In this document: piece after piece, positions 14,343-28,058 of the stretch | Numbering within the stretch: the stretch's first letter is position 1 | Layout of the letters: each line of letters starts with the position of its first letter | NCBI GenBank assembly: GCA_002245135.1 | Contig: NGBS01000595.1 | Span: 62,001-126,000 of the forward strand | Source: Proteromonas lacertae | Lineage: Eukaryota | Direction of reading: 5' to 3' | Length of the DNA: 64,000 nt | The notes under the pieces: generated by a model | Database searches by the model: none | Told to the model about the DNA's origin: nothing | What the model saw: the letters and a program-made list of their open reading frames with translations, nothing else | Made by a program: the position numbers and the translations under genes

Positions 14343-15500
14343 TCATTTAAAACAAAAAACACAACTTGTCAAAAAGAAAAAATAATTTAATTTACCTTTT
14401 TACATATGCGAACAACTCTAACAACATAAAGAAATTGAATATTGTGACATATCCTGTCACAATCGACAAAGTACTTGATTTATTCAATGGATTGAGATTG
14501 AATGGATTTATATCCTATTTAGTTAAAAATATACAAAATATTAATACAATTTTAAGTGTATCTTTAACAAATCTTGGAATAGTGAATGACGCAATATGAA
14601 CAGCTTTTGTATAAAAAGTCAATAAATTACCAAAATTTCTATCTATTCTTCTTGGATACAAATAATATTTTTCTATAAAATAACAAAATAATTATAAAAA
14701 TCTATACTCTTTCTTGTATTAGATAGTAATAAAAATCCATATTGACCTAAAGGTGCTGTAGGTACACAAAAAGAATAATAATTTACTCTCGGAAATATCT
14801 GTTGCAATATTCTAATATCACTTGCATATTCACTCTTCATTTCCCATTCATTATGATATTGTACTGAAACCACTCCATTAATATTCAAATGTCTATTTAA
14901 AAATGAACCAAAATAACTCATTCTATGACAAGTTATATTATGAAATCCAACAATTATAACATCATATTTTAAATTTATATTTTCTTCATCGAATGCTTCA
15001 ATTCCTGAATAAAATTCATGTGTTAATGGATAATGTTTATCTCTGAAGAAGGGATAGTGTTTATAGAAAGATTCCTTCATCTCTGGCGATTCAATGATTA
15101 TATCTATTTTTTCTAAACTACTAGAATGTCTAAGTACTTCATGAATTAATCCAGTATAGTACATATCTATTACTAATATAGATTTGGGATTATAGTGTGA
15201 AAACATAGGTACATGCACAGCCATTTCTTGGTAAGCATATATATCTTTTTCTGATAATCTAACACATGAATCGATTGTTCTAACTCTTCCATATGTTTCA
15301 GTATATAAGTAAGATATTCTCTATTTTTTATAATTACTTATATTTTATACATGACCATTTATATCTTCAGTAATAGCATCAGATTTCAATTTCACAGCAA
15401 AATCATATCCTATTATTTTATTTTATAGCAATAAGTAAATACCATATTCATTTGCTAATTGTGTATCAAATCTAAACCATAATTTATTATAAGTTTGCAT
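14343..15500 (-). CDS. Divergent spermidine/spermine synthase-like protein
   Basis: YGRVRTIDS..SEKDIYAYQEMAVHVPMFSH..P, EVLRH, VPTAPLGQYGF motifs; 3' end uncertain. Confidence 0.75.
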
Positions 15501-15617
15501 TAATCAAGAAGATAATCAAGAAAATCCAAAATAGAATAAAAGATATTCGTTTCTTAAGAAAGCTTGATAAAATTTGGGTGAATTTTTGGCTCAACCCTTA
15601 CTTTTTATTTTTGTTTT

Positions 15618-16949
15618 ATGTCTTTATCAAAACTTCTTGTTGTCTTCTTTATAATAGAATTAGTTACTTCATGTAATAATCTCTGTAATAAACATGGTAT
15701 CTGCAGTACTAGAGATAAATGTGTCTGTTATCCTGGATGGGGTGGTGCAGATTGTTCATTAAGTATTTAACCTTATTTATTTATTTTAATAATAGGATCT
15801 TGTCCTTATTCTGAAGCTTATGTTGATGTAATTTTAGGTGATTTGAATCATGACGGAAGTATTTCAGATGATCAAGTAAAAACTGAATGGTATCCAGACT
15901 ATGGCCAAATAGAAAACTTAGGAGAATATGGTAGGAAGTACAAACATATGTACGCCGAATGTAGCAACGCTGGCATATGTAACAGACAAACTGGTGATTG
16001 TGAGTGTTTTGCAGGTTATGAAGGTAGTTCCTGTCAACGTAGATCCTGTCCTAAGACAGATGAAGGAATTTGCTCCTCTCATGGAGTGTGTGTACCAGGT
16101 TATAAAGATAAAGTAGAAAATAAGAATAAATGGGAATTACGTAAATATTATAAGTGTCGATGTGATAAAGGATATACTGGATATGATTGTAGTGAAAGGA
16201 CTTGTCAGAATGGAGTTGATCCATTACAAGTGAATAATATGTTTATGAATTATAAATTCTCATTGCCACATAATCATACTGATCCTACTAGAAAATTACA
16301 AGATAATCCACGTCCTGTACCTAATGCAATGGCTCCATTTTATTTTGATATTGAATTTAATGGTGTTAAATATGTATCTCCTTATATATCAGAAAGAGAA
16401 ATTACACAACTATGTAATGGCAAATTGACTACAATTTATAATAAAACTATTGGATTAAACTTCCAAGAGGAAATTAGAAGAGCTTTACAAACACTACCTC
16501 CTATTTCACAATCAAGTGTATTATTATCATGTAATCAAGAAAAATTACCAACAAGTGGTTCTACAAATCATTCAGAAGATAATATGAATAAAGTATTAGT
16601 GACAATTAGTGTAGAATATACTGATTTTGATGCATTTAAAAATTCAAAATTATATATCCATGAAATGTATAATAATGGAAATATTACTACTGATGGTAAA
16701 ATTGATAATGATCCTATAACTAATAATCCATATCATACAAATTCTGAGTTTGTTACAAGTACAGATGGTGATAGTAAAGCTTACCTTGAAGAAGTTATAT
16801 CTGAAGCAGTAAAGGAATATCCATCTGATGTAACAACTACTAAGGAATGTAGTGGAAGAGGTAAATGTAATAAAAATACAGGATTATGTGAATGTTTTTA
16901 CGGATTTTATGGATCAGCTTGTAATATGCAATTAAAATTAGCTGTGTAG
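15618..16949 (+). CDS. Secreted EGF-like repeat protein of the stramenopile tubular mastigoneme (Sig1/Ocm1/Mas) family
   Basis: Signal peptide, CNNLCNKHG EGF, GDLNHDG, HMYAECSNAGICNRQTGDCECFAGYEG, CQNGVDPL, terminal ECSGRGKC..LAV; one intron. Confidence 0.8.
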
Positions 16950-17053
16950 AAAAAAGATTGTTATTATAATTTATATATATTACTTTGTATTATTAAAAAG
17001 AAAAATGTGTGTTGGGGTTTGATTTCTGTTTGAATTTCTCAAAATTCATTTTA

Positions 17054-19412
17054 ATGTTTAACGGCGTAGATAAATATAGTGGCAAAGTTATTGAAGGAGA
17101 TGAAGCTAATTGTGATGATATATCGTATCATAAACGAATATAATCAAATAGAACTGTATTATCAACTTCATCAGCAACTGAGACAATTATAGCATCAAAT
17201 GAAGAAGGAACGTATTTTTATTGATTTAAATATTACAGTTTAATCGCATTCAAAGCAAAACTAGACACAGAAGAAGGAGGATTAATGTGGAATCCAAGTT
17301 ACGATGTTCAGAACGATTACAAAACAGCATTATCAACTTCACAAATGGTTTCAATGCTTCATGATACAAGAAGAAATGAATTATATAAAAAAGCAATTAA
17401 TCAAATAATCCAAGACTTTATCAAAGAAAATAATCGTCCACCAACAGTATTAGATATTGGTTCAGGTACTGGATTATTATCATTACTTGCAGCTGAAGCA
17501 GGAGCTGCAAAAGTCTTAGCATTTGAACAAATGAAAATTTTGGCAGATATCTCCACCCAAATAATAGAAGATAACGGATACAATTCAAAAATTACTGTCT
17601 TAAACTTAAAGTCCACTCAACTTAGTGAAGAAAATGAAGATTTAAAATGTGATGTAATGGTATCAGAAATCCTAGACAGTATTCTACTAGGGGAAGGAGT
17701 TATACCAGCAGTACGACATGCAAAGAAATATTTATTAAACAAAAATAATATAAAAAAAGAATATAAGATAATCCCACAAAATGCCAAAATATATGGAAGT
17801 TTAATATATTCAAAAACCATTGAGAATATGAGTAGTATAGAGAATATGTATATTCATTATAATGATAATGAAATTGAACATTTAAGTGGAAGTGAAGAAG
17901 AAGATAAGTGTATGAATGGAGTTAATTGTTTACCTGTAAAATTTACTTTTATTTTAATTTATTTATTTATTTATAGGTTCATACAGACAATTTAGATTAT
18001 ATTCAAATAAGTGATTATAATGTAATTCACAATATCGACTTAATAAATGTTCCAGAAGATAACAAAATTTTAAATGATATAGTGAAATATAAAATCAATC
18101 AAAATGGAAAGATAAATGGAATATTGATATATTGGGAATGTAATTTATATAATAATATCATTTATTCAACAAAACCAAACGAAGAAATATGTGATTCTTT
18201 GTGGCAAGATCATTGGATTCCAATAATATATCCGTTACAACCAACAAACGTGAGTTTGAATGATGAAATTGCGTTGAATTGTTATTATAATAATCGTAGA
18301 TTATGGTTTTCATTTTATAATCATGATGATGATATTAATTCTTCTTCTTCTTCTTCTATTTTAAAATGTAATTGTTTACATCATATTATTCATACACCAA
18401 TGAGAATATCGATGTTGAATAATCAATATAGAAATAAATATTTTGAAAATATAATAAATGAAGGATTTACTAGAAAAGGAAGTATATTTTGTTTATACAT
18501 ATATATATAGAAGAATCATTGTTATTAGATATATCAGATGGTAGTCTTTGTACATTTATCTCTTCAAAATTATATCCAAACAGTTATTCTATTGAAGATA
18601 AAACACTATCAATTGAATTATACTCGAAAGTATAAATTATATATATATATATGAATAGATAGCAAAACGTAATCACAACATCACTATTCTCAATGGAACT
18701 TGTAAATTATTGACGCCTGAAATAATCAACAATCAAATCATAGATATTCTAATAAGTGAAATATTCTACTATCAAATGGAAGATTTAGTAATTATGAGTG
18801 CATTTAATTATTGGTATCAAAAGGATTGTTTATTGAGAAATAATATTATTAATAAGGAGACAATATTATATCCTGCAAAGTGTAATATTGTTTGTGCTGT
18901 AGTAGAATTTAAAGTATTTATAATAATATTTTTCTAGATTTTTCTATAATTTTCTTATTCTAATTTATTTATAGGATTTATATAATGGATATGGTTTAGC
19001 AGGAAGTCCTTGTGGATTCAATCACAAATCATTCGACAATTTGCTGAACAACTGTTGGAATAATTACGAATTTCCATTTCCACTTTGGATGTATAAAACT
19101 AAACTCTTATCTAATCCATCAGTTTTAATTGAATTGAATTATACTGAAATTATTCATTCTTTATCTAATTCTATTAATATTAATATTAAACATAATGGAA
19201 TTGTTCATGGATTAGTTATTTGGACTGAATTTTTATATTCAAATAATTATCCACTTTTATCGACTGGTTTAAATGATAAAAAAGAATTTTCAAAAGAGTT
19301 TAAACAGATTGTCAAGTTTGTTAAGGTTCCAAAGAATGTTGAAATTGGTGATAATGTTAATGTGAAATTTGAATTTGATTCTACTGCCGCTGAGTGGAAG
19401 ATTGAGTTTTAA
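17054..19412 (+). CDS. PRMT7: Protein arginine methyltransferase 7 (tandem PRMT domains)
   Basis: MLHDTRRN, VLDIGSGTGLLS, SEILDSILLGEG, WQDHW, second degenerate PRMT module. Confidence 0.88.
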
Positions 19413-19572
19413 AAATGAGATTATGTTTTTGTTTTTAGTGTTCTATTTGTATTTAGGTTATATTTATATAAAAAATATTCAACAAACACAAAGAATGATA
19501 AAAATTAAAATTGAACTGACTATATAATATAGTCAGTAATGTTTTAAAAATTTTCTGTTATTTAATAATATA

Positions 19573-20439
19573 ATGAATTCTAAATTTTATTATTCTGTAT
19601 TTAATAGTAGTTCAACAATCAATTTCACTGATACACCTGTGTTAGACAAGATTGATAATATGGAATGTGGATTAAGCCAAAAGTTATTGCATCCTCTGCT
19701 TGTAAAGTAGATTCTAATTATTTATATTTTTATATATAGCCCAATTCAAACTAAAGCCGAATTCTATGTCAAAATAATAGATCGTTCCAAAGGCGAATTA
19801 GAATTGTCACATCCAGCAAGTAGGATGCATTTATACTCCCAAAAGTCAAAGAACGATGAATTTCTAATATATCAGAATACCTACAGTATCTATCAGAAAA
19901 ATACTGATAATTATTGTTGTTCACTCGTTAAGAAAGATAATGAGTTTGTATTATACAACAGATTCTGTCGATATTGTGATAATGACCTTCACAAATATAC
20001 ATGTAACATTAGTTATTCAAATGAACAGAACGAAGAAAATAAAAGAGAATGTTTAATGAAAATTCAAAAGAAAGATGTACAATTTAATTCAATTAAAACA
20101 ACACTCTCAAATATATTTATTCCTTCTTATGACAATACTACAAAGAAGAAATATGTATGGTGTAAAAGAACAAATCAAATAGAATCAACAACTACAGTTA
20201 TAACATCTAAATTGCCAAATTATGATAGAATTACAAAGATTCTATCACTTCATTTTGATAATAATGAGAGTGAGGTAAAATATTTACCTTCCAAAAGAAA
20301 TTTTATATTACAAAACCCTGATAATGAAGTTGTAGTTCAATTTTCAAAAACTGACAAAAAGCAATATAAATTGACTATATATTCAATGATGTCAATAATT
20401 GAAGCGTTTGGAGTAGTATTGTCTTATTTTTCTGATTAA
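19573..20439 (+). CDS. Tubby C-terminal-like domain protein
   Basis: TSKLPNYD...LHF...PSKRNFIL...VQFSK...SIIEAFGVVLSYF matches Tubby-domain C-terminus. Confidence 0.7.
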
Positions 20440-20525
20440 TAATTAAGTATTTTTCATTAGTGTTTGTGTTTAAAAAAAGAAATTTCATTTTACATATAAA
20501 ATAGCTTGAATTCTTGTTTGACAGA

Positions 20526-21596
20526 ATGAAATATTTATTTTGCTTTATTTTGATTATTTTGATAATAATGTTTTTTATAATATGTGCAATTTTAGTGTAT
20601 TTTCCCAACATATATAGCATGTATGATGAAAAAGTAAATATACCAAAAACGTTTACATTGATGGATAAACAGATAAATGACAGATTAGAACAGTTGTACA
20701 AAGCGTATGATAATTGCTCAGATAAATATCCAATGAAGTGTGGTTATATTTATGAAGGAAAACGTACTAGTCATCCTCGTTCTAAACATAAAACATATAT
20801 GGCTAAATTTCCCGTCAATTTTTCAGTTATATCACAATCAACAAAGAAATGTTTCAAAGCTTCTTTAATCATTTCAGTAGTTTCAGCAACAGATGCCTTT
20901 ATCAACAGATATTCATATAGAACATCATATTCAGTATATAAAGATAAATATCCTTTATATTTCTTCATCGGTTTATCAAGAAATGAGACAATTAATGGAT
21001 TAATATTTGAAGAAAATAAGAAATATGATGATATGATAATATTTGATTATTTAAGTAGTTATTATAACAATTCAATTCAATTTATTATGAGTATGAGATG
21101 GTTAAATGACAATTGTAAAGATTATAGATATATATTAAGTCAACAAAGTGATACATTCGTAAATATTCCATATTATCAACAACATTTTGAAAATTCCTCA
21201 GTAAATCATACAGTCATTTCTATTATAAGAAGATCATTTGGAGTAATAAGAGATGAAAATAATCCTTGGTACATGCCAAGATCAGCTTATAATGAAAGTA
21301 AAACTTGGCCTGATTTCCCTGTTATTCCTCACATTATGTTATTTAAAGATACAGTTAAAAAGATAGTAAATGCTTCAAATTATGTTAAGACAGTTGTATT
21401 TATGGATGATGTTTATTTAGGAATGTTATTGAAGTATTCAAATCTTACTAAAACATTAAAGAATTTAAGTCCTTTAATATTATTTTTTCGTTATTTTTAT
21501 ATACCGAATTTTACAGTATTTAAAGAAACGATGTTATTTATGCACAGTGTTCAACCAGGTGCAGTGTATTATTTATCTTCAAAAATTTATAATTGA
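20526..21596 (+). CDS. Beta-1,3-galactosyltransferase-like (GT31) type II membrane protein
   Basis: N-terminal TM, FFIG, EENKKYDDMI, DTFVNI, PWY, MDDVYLG. Confidence 0.8.
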   Translation: MKYLFCFILIILIIMFFIICAILVYFPNIYSMYDEKVNIPKTFTLMDKQINDRLEQLYKAYDNCSDKYPMKCGYIYEGKRTSHPRSKHKTYMAKFPVNFSVISQSTKKCFKASLIISVVSATDAFINRYSYRTSYSVYKDKYPLYFFIGLSRNETINGLIFEENKKYDDMIIFDYLSSYYNNSIQFIMSMRWLNDNCKDYRYILSQQSDTFVNIPYYQQHFENSSVNHTVISIIRRSFGVIRDENNPWYMPRSAYNESKTWPDFPVIPHIMLFKDTVKKIVNASNYVKTVVFMDDVYLGMLLKYSNLTKTLKNLSPLILFFRYFYIPNFTVFKETMLFMHSVQPGAVYYLSSKIYN

Positions 21597-21776
21597 AAGT
21601 TTATAGAGTTGTTTTAGTGTGTGAATGTGAGATATAGGAAATGTAAAATATGAAAGAAATGAAGTGGATTTATAATTTGTAATTAATACAACAAAAAATG
21701 AATAGCTAAACAACAATAGATGATTATTCATAATTTAAAATTTTCAGCGAAAGACTTATATTCATTTATCTATTCT

Positions 21777-22688
21777 TCATACAACTATTTGCGAGGTAGA
21801 AGTAAGTATTTTTTTACTACTATCGTTTATAATTTCACATTTTTTATTCCATTCTTTCCACATTGTTGAATAAAACACAACAAATCCAATAAATACACCT
21901 AATACACTTCCAGCTAATATATCACTAAAATGATGTTTATTATCTTTCTAATTACAATAAAATAAATAAACAAAATACAGGACGAGATCCAGCAATTAAA
22001 AAACCACCTAATAATGGGATTGAAGAAAATATTATCTTTAAAAATGTTTGTCGATTTTCATATATTTGATTTAATATCATAAATAGGAATAATGAAGTAA
22101 AACTCAATCCTGCACATGAATAAGATGAATGTCCTGATGGAAAACTCTTTCTTAATCCTGCTAATTCAGATTTCTATTGATATTTTATATTGAATTTATA
22201 ATTTTATACTGAACAATTGCATTTGGAATAATCTCCTCTCATTCCCATTGTTCCATATATTCCAGTTACATTGTCATATGGATAATGACATGCGTCAAAG
22301 AAATTTGGACGTAATCTACCACAATAGACTTTTAAATAATCAGTAACACATTTCGTAAGAAGAAATGCCTGTAATAACGATATTATTGACCTTTGTAAAC
22401 TCTACATTCATATCATAAAATACAACTATATACAGGCATCTTTATTCTGTCTGTTACTTTGGGAATTATTAAGGATAAACAAATAACAACCACCAGTGGT
22501 AAGGCAACAGAGTATATATACAGTTCTACAGTGCTGACAGTACTACTATGATAAGGTCTAGATATTGTTGGATCACCTTCAAAGAATTCTGGATGAAAAG
22601 GTTCAATGAAATAATAAATTACTTCAATTATAGCAAGCAATACAAGTAACAGAATTCCCCATATATCTATTTGATTTAAAACAGACAT
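21777..22688 (-). CDS. PAP2 lipid phosphate phosphatase
   Basis: K..CGRLRP, SFPSGHSS, SR..DNKHHFSDILAG motifs read on minus strand across introns. Confidence 0.9.
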
Positions 22689-22757
22689 GATATAAAGAGA
22701 TTTTCAAGATTCAAAAATTAGAAAAACGAATATATTTTTAGAAATTTAACAATATTA

Positions 22758-23404
22758 TCAACTATGATGTTTCTGAAGGTATGAAGATATTTCTTTACAA
22801 AAATGATTCAATGGAAAACCCATCACATTATAATAACAACCATTAATTCCTTCTATCAAACAACCACCTATTCCTTGAATACCATATGATCCTGCTTTAT
22901 CTAATGGTTCTTTTGTATTTACATATTCTTTTATCATTTCTTCACTCATCTCACAAAACTTAACTGAGGTTTTATCAGAGAATTCTATTGTTTCTTTTGT
23001 TTTGCATATATAAATAACAACACCACTATATACTTCATGACTTTTTCCATTCAATTCTTTGAGAGCATTCAAAGCATCTTCTTCATTTTTGGGTTTTCCT
23101 AATAATCTACCATTACTTGCAACAACTGTATCACATGCTATTATTATATCACATTTATCATTCATTTTATTGAATATATCAATGGCTTTACCTCTAGCTG
23201 TTTCAATTACAAATTTATCCTATTGTAAATATTACAAAATAATAATAATGGCAAAATTTTTGATGAATCGATGTTTTCTTCAAAAGAAGAAGGAACAACT
23301 TCGAATTTCAACCCAATTTTACTTAGAATCTCTGATCTTCTAGGAGATCGAGATGCTAATATGACTTTCATTTCATTCAATTGTTTAACAAATGGATACA
23401 ACAT
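22758..23404 (-). CDS. Maf-family nucleoside triphosphate pyrophosphatase
   Basis: ILASRSPRR, IACDTVV, GKP, DKAGSYGIQG, NVMGFP. Confidence 0.93.
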
Positions 23405-23491
23405 GAGATTTTTAGATAAAAAAATTAATGGTGAACCAAAATTTTGAATAACCAGAAAACAAAAAAAATAAAAAACTTATTAAACGCATTC

Positions 23492-23830
23492 TTATTCACA
23501 TTTTAATTTATTAGAATCAGCATATTCAATCATCAATCTAGCTAATACATCCATAGGATCTAAAATTGGTATATTTTTATAAAATTTATCTTTAACAGCT
23601 AAAGGAAGTTCAGTACATCCCAAAATTATCAATTCATCACCTTGTTCAATCAATGTATCCATCAAATTATACAAAATATCTTTAGCTTGTTTAAAATTGT
23701 ATATATTTTATAACATTCTGATAATTTAAGATAGTGTGAATAATTTCCATACACTCTTGTTACTGTTGTTGATAATATCCCAATTTTCGAAATTAGTGGA
23801 CATGTCTGCTGTATGTAATTAATTGTGTTT
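23492..23830 (-). pseudogene. Aspartate/glutamate racemase remnant
   Basis: IILGCTELPL...ILDPMDVLA C-terminus and upstream KIGILSTTVT in a broken frame; no intact N-terminal half found. Confidence 0.65.
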
Positions 23831-24045
23831 ATGTATTAAACTTAAATTAATACTGCATTTAGCTCGCTTTCATAGATATGTGGATTTAATCTAGATTTCA
23901 TTCTTTGGTGAATTTTTGTAGGGCATCAATTAAAATATGCTTTATAAAAGAATATTAGTTTGTTTACTGTTGATTTATTATTCATACACATTATATTTAA
24001 TAGTGTTTCTGTTTTTGTGTTTTTGCTTTTAGCTTGGAATTTAGA

Positions 24046-25714
24046 ATGAATAAAGAAGTTTTAATATCCCCCAAAAGTCCCAGGCCAACTAATACAAGAA
24101 GTTACACTTTTAGGATATTTCATTTGGCTTTATGTATGGGATTACTCTGTTTTGGATATCTTACTGTTATTGTATAGAGTAACAGTTATTTATTAATAGT
24201 CATTTCAAACACAGTTGAATAAAACTGTAGGTAGCATTGGTATGACTTCCAATTACGTAATCTTTGCTATATCGTGTAATTTTGCTCCAAAAGTAGTTAA
24301 TTGCTTAGGTCTTAAGTATATAAAATTCTTTTATATTATTTAGAAAATCAATGACAATTTTTTCACTTGGATATGTTTTATTAGCATTAGCAAATCTATA
24401 TCCAGCTGCATATATCTTTATCCCAGTAAATATATTAGTTGGCTTTACTGGCGCGATATTTTGGTGTGCTGAAGCTTCTTATTTAGGTAAATTAGCTTAT
24501 AATCAGTCAAGAGACAGTGGGTTATGTATATTTGAGTATCTATATATTTTAGTTTTTGAGTCTGTTACATCTTATTATAACGGAATAATGTTTTGTTTTG
24601 TGGAATTATTTAGTGCATCAGGAAATGCATCTGCAAGTTTTATTTTGACTTATTTGGATAGAAAAGTATAATTATTTTCTAATTGTCTATCTATTAATAG
24701 TATCTATATATAATATTAGCTTCAGTTTGTTTGTTAGCAGCAATTATAATATCTTTTTTGAATGAACCAAATCGAATTAAGCCAGAAATGAAAATAAGTA
24801 ATTTAGAAGATTTAGAACCAAGAGCTTCTGTATATAATAATGAAATATTTAATGTAATTATAGGAAACTCCTTCATTTTTACAAACAATACATCTTATCC
24901 AAAAATCAAAAGAAATGAAATTAATACTGTTTCCATGTTTTTATGCAGGTGTAACGTATTTTAAATCATTACAATTAATAGAAAATCATTTGTTTTAGCT
25001 GATTTCAGTAAATTCGTTGGTGGATATATAGTTGGAGTAGAAAAGAGTGGTTATATTATCTGTGGATATTTCATAATGGGAGCAATTGCTAATATTCTAG
25101 CTGGAAAATTAGCATCAACATTTGTAAAAAGACAAGGTTTATTTGTTGTTGATTTTGTTATGCATATGACATTATATGTTATGTTGTTAGTTATTAAAGT
25201 ATATTCTATTTTTAATAATACATTGTAGTTACCTCATAATAATACATCATTAGATAGTTTTATTAAAGCTTATCTTCTTACTGCATTATTAGCAAGTGGT
25301 AATGGAGTTTCTATCTCTCAAGTATATATTAAATATCGAAATATTATTATATAGCCAATATCAATAGTTCAATCATTTTATACAAATGATAAGGATAGGA
25401 ATTCTGGAGTTTCAAATGCATTAATGTCACAAACGTTAGGAATGAGTGTGGTATTTCTGATAAGTATATTTGTTAATGATCCAAAAATATTTTGGATTAA
25501 ATTGGTGTTTATGATTGTTTGTCAAATAATATCAACTACATGTGTGTATTATTGTAACTTTTGTGTTAAACCTATTGATGGAACAAAACCAAATAGAATT
25601 GAAACTGTTGATAGTGTTGGTGGATCTTTCTTTTCTTCATTATCAGCTGAACAAATTGGTGAATTTATGGTTCCAACAATTGCTGAAGAAGATTTACTTT
25701 ATTTACAAGATTAA
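24046..25714 (+). CDS. UNC-93-like MFS membrane protein (multi-exon)
   Basis: GFTGAIFWCAEASYL motif, multiple TM exons, short introns. Confidence 0.8.
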
Positions 25715-25789
25715 TTTTCTTTTTATAAATGTGTATTATTGTTTTTACAATATTAAACAATTTCATTTTAACGACTATTTGATCTATTT

Positions 25790-28003
25790 TAAGGTGTTTG
25801 GCGCCTACCCCCTAGGCAGGCATCCACCGCCAGCGCCGACCAGGCGAGCGCCTCCTGTACTTAGAGAAAATAAAAACATAATAAGTATACAATATTTAAT
25901 CAGTTATGTTATTTAATATATCAAACATTTCTTTTCTATTTCCTATTAAAAATAATGTATTTGAAACTGTTGTAGATTCTAATCTTGTTCTAAAATCTGA
26001 ATTTATCATACAACCATAATGAAAAAGACTTTCACAACTAAATTCTGTTGCTTCAATAGGTAGGTAATGTTGAATTAAAGGTTCAAAATATTTGAAATAT
26101 GTTTTATCTTGTATGGATTGCCAATAACTTAAGCAGTCAAATTTATCATACATTTCTATTTCAAATGTTTTATAATATTCTTCACAATATTTCTTACAAT
26201 CATTAATATAACTTGTAGATATTTCAAACGCTATATTTTTTAATGTGACATTATCGGAATGTAAATATTCTTCATCTTCTTCGCTTTCATCACTTTCATA
26301 TATGTTTTTTACAGCATTTGTTGTGTGTGTCAATGATATTACTGAACAGATTTCTTCATATAATAACTCTCTGTAATCATCTTTTACCATCAACTTATAA
26401 TTTAATGGATTCAACAATGATGCTATCTTTAATTCATTTACATCAGAAGGAAATTTTTCTATGCATATATAATTATATTTATCTGTATTACTAAATCTTT
26501 TAAGCAACTCTTCAATATATTCTAAACATAGACCACTTACGGCTGCATTAATTGATTTTTTCAATCTTAAACTATACATTTCTTTATAATTAATAAGTAT
26601 TCTATGAACTACTTTTAATCTTTTAATTATAATTGTTAATGAACATCAATTTCTTTGAATCAACCTTTTCTGTAATTCGATTAGGGGTTTAAGTATTTTT
26701 ACTATTTCTACAATTAAATCATAATCATTATTATTTGGGAACTCTTCTGTGTAATCTTTATCAATAACCTATAAATAATTACAAAATAATAAAATTGAAA
26801 ATAACATTTACTTGAATATAGGATCTTATATCATTAAAAGATTCAACAAAATGTTGAAGCATGTCGTAGCAAGAGAACCATCTAACATCTATAGCACTTG
26901 GTATTTTGGCAGTTATTGTATTTTACTTTTCTTGATTATATTTTAATATTAAAACTTTCCTTAGTTCTTATAGAAATTGTCCTTCCTGTTTAAATGATCA
27001 TGGAGTTCACTAAATTTATTCACAGATGTTTTAATTATAACTTCCGATCTTAATAATGCGTTATGTAAACGATGACTAAAACAATGTATATGTATAAAGG
27101 AGCACATCTTAATAGCTGCTACCATGTCACTGGCGCTATCGCTTGTTGCCGTTATTATTTAGTCATGTAATATAGTATTTTGTAAATTGTTTAGTATAAT
27201 TGATGTAGTTTCAGACTTTTTATTATCTACTTGTTTTGTATATATTAAATATGATGTAATATTCATATCTTTCATGAAGTCCACAAAAATAGCTAAGTAG
27301 TTTGTCCTTTACCATTCCAATGGTCCATTTGAATATTCACAAATTTAGTGTTTTCTATGTCGCATTCCATTTTCTTTTTTATTAACGATATTATTGAATC
27401 GGTTGTATCTGATATTTGCTTATATGTAGGTAATTTTATATGTAATGTATCAAAAAAACTACTAAACCCATATCCATCTCCAAATCGCAAAGGTCGACAA
27501 TCTATGTGTAACGCTGCCACGTATTGGTAAAGAATTTTTCTATTGATATTGCTGTATGTTGGTATTGTTGTCTGATTAAAGTGTTGGATTAAATTTTTGT
27601 TTTTAATGCACTCTTCACTAAATTTGTGTTTCTTCATTAGATGGCTTTTTAAGTGTGATGTGTTTGAATCCTTTTGTCTACCTAATTATATCTATTATAA
27701 AATAAATACCAATATTGACGTTAAAATTGCATAGGATGCATTTTCTTTTATATACAATACCATCTCTAAATTTTGGTCCAAAAAATATAGCAGATTGACA
27801 AAGAAAACTCATAAAAAAGAATAAAGATTATTTTTTGATAATTATTTTTTTATAGTTACATTATATAGCAATTTCAATACATTTTTATATTTTAAATCAC
27901 TCCCCCTTCACTTTTTATATTTTTATTTTTTATGAAACCCAGCGCCTGCCTGCACCACGGCAACGTAGAAATATCGTAGAACTAGCGCCTTTTTAGCACC
28001 TTA
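25790..28003 (-). mobile_element. Decayed hAT DNA transposon
   Basis: Termini TAAGGTG...CACCTTA with GC-rich subterminal GGCGC/GCGCC repeats; transposase pieces at 25896-27760 with BED finger (CILC..LKSHLMKKH), DHW, DSASDM, CFSHRLH, RWFS and hATC motif (YW..ATEFSCESLF..RTRL); several frameshifts; no TSD seen. Confidence 0.85.
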
Positions 28004-28058
28004 GTAATATTTTTCTAAAATGTCTATCATATCTTTCTATTAACTTTACCAAAATAAG

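Noticed and set aside
14343..14380. Poly(A)-created stop codon as described for Blastocystis
   Set aside because: A TG-rich motif is present but a genomic TGA is available and the other genes checked have genomic stops; needs transcript data
25782..28011. 8-bp TSD for the hAT element
   Set aside because: Flanks ATCTATTT and GTAATATT do not match
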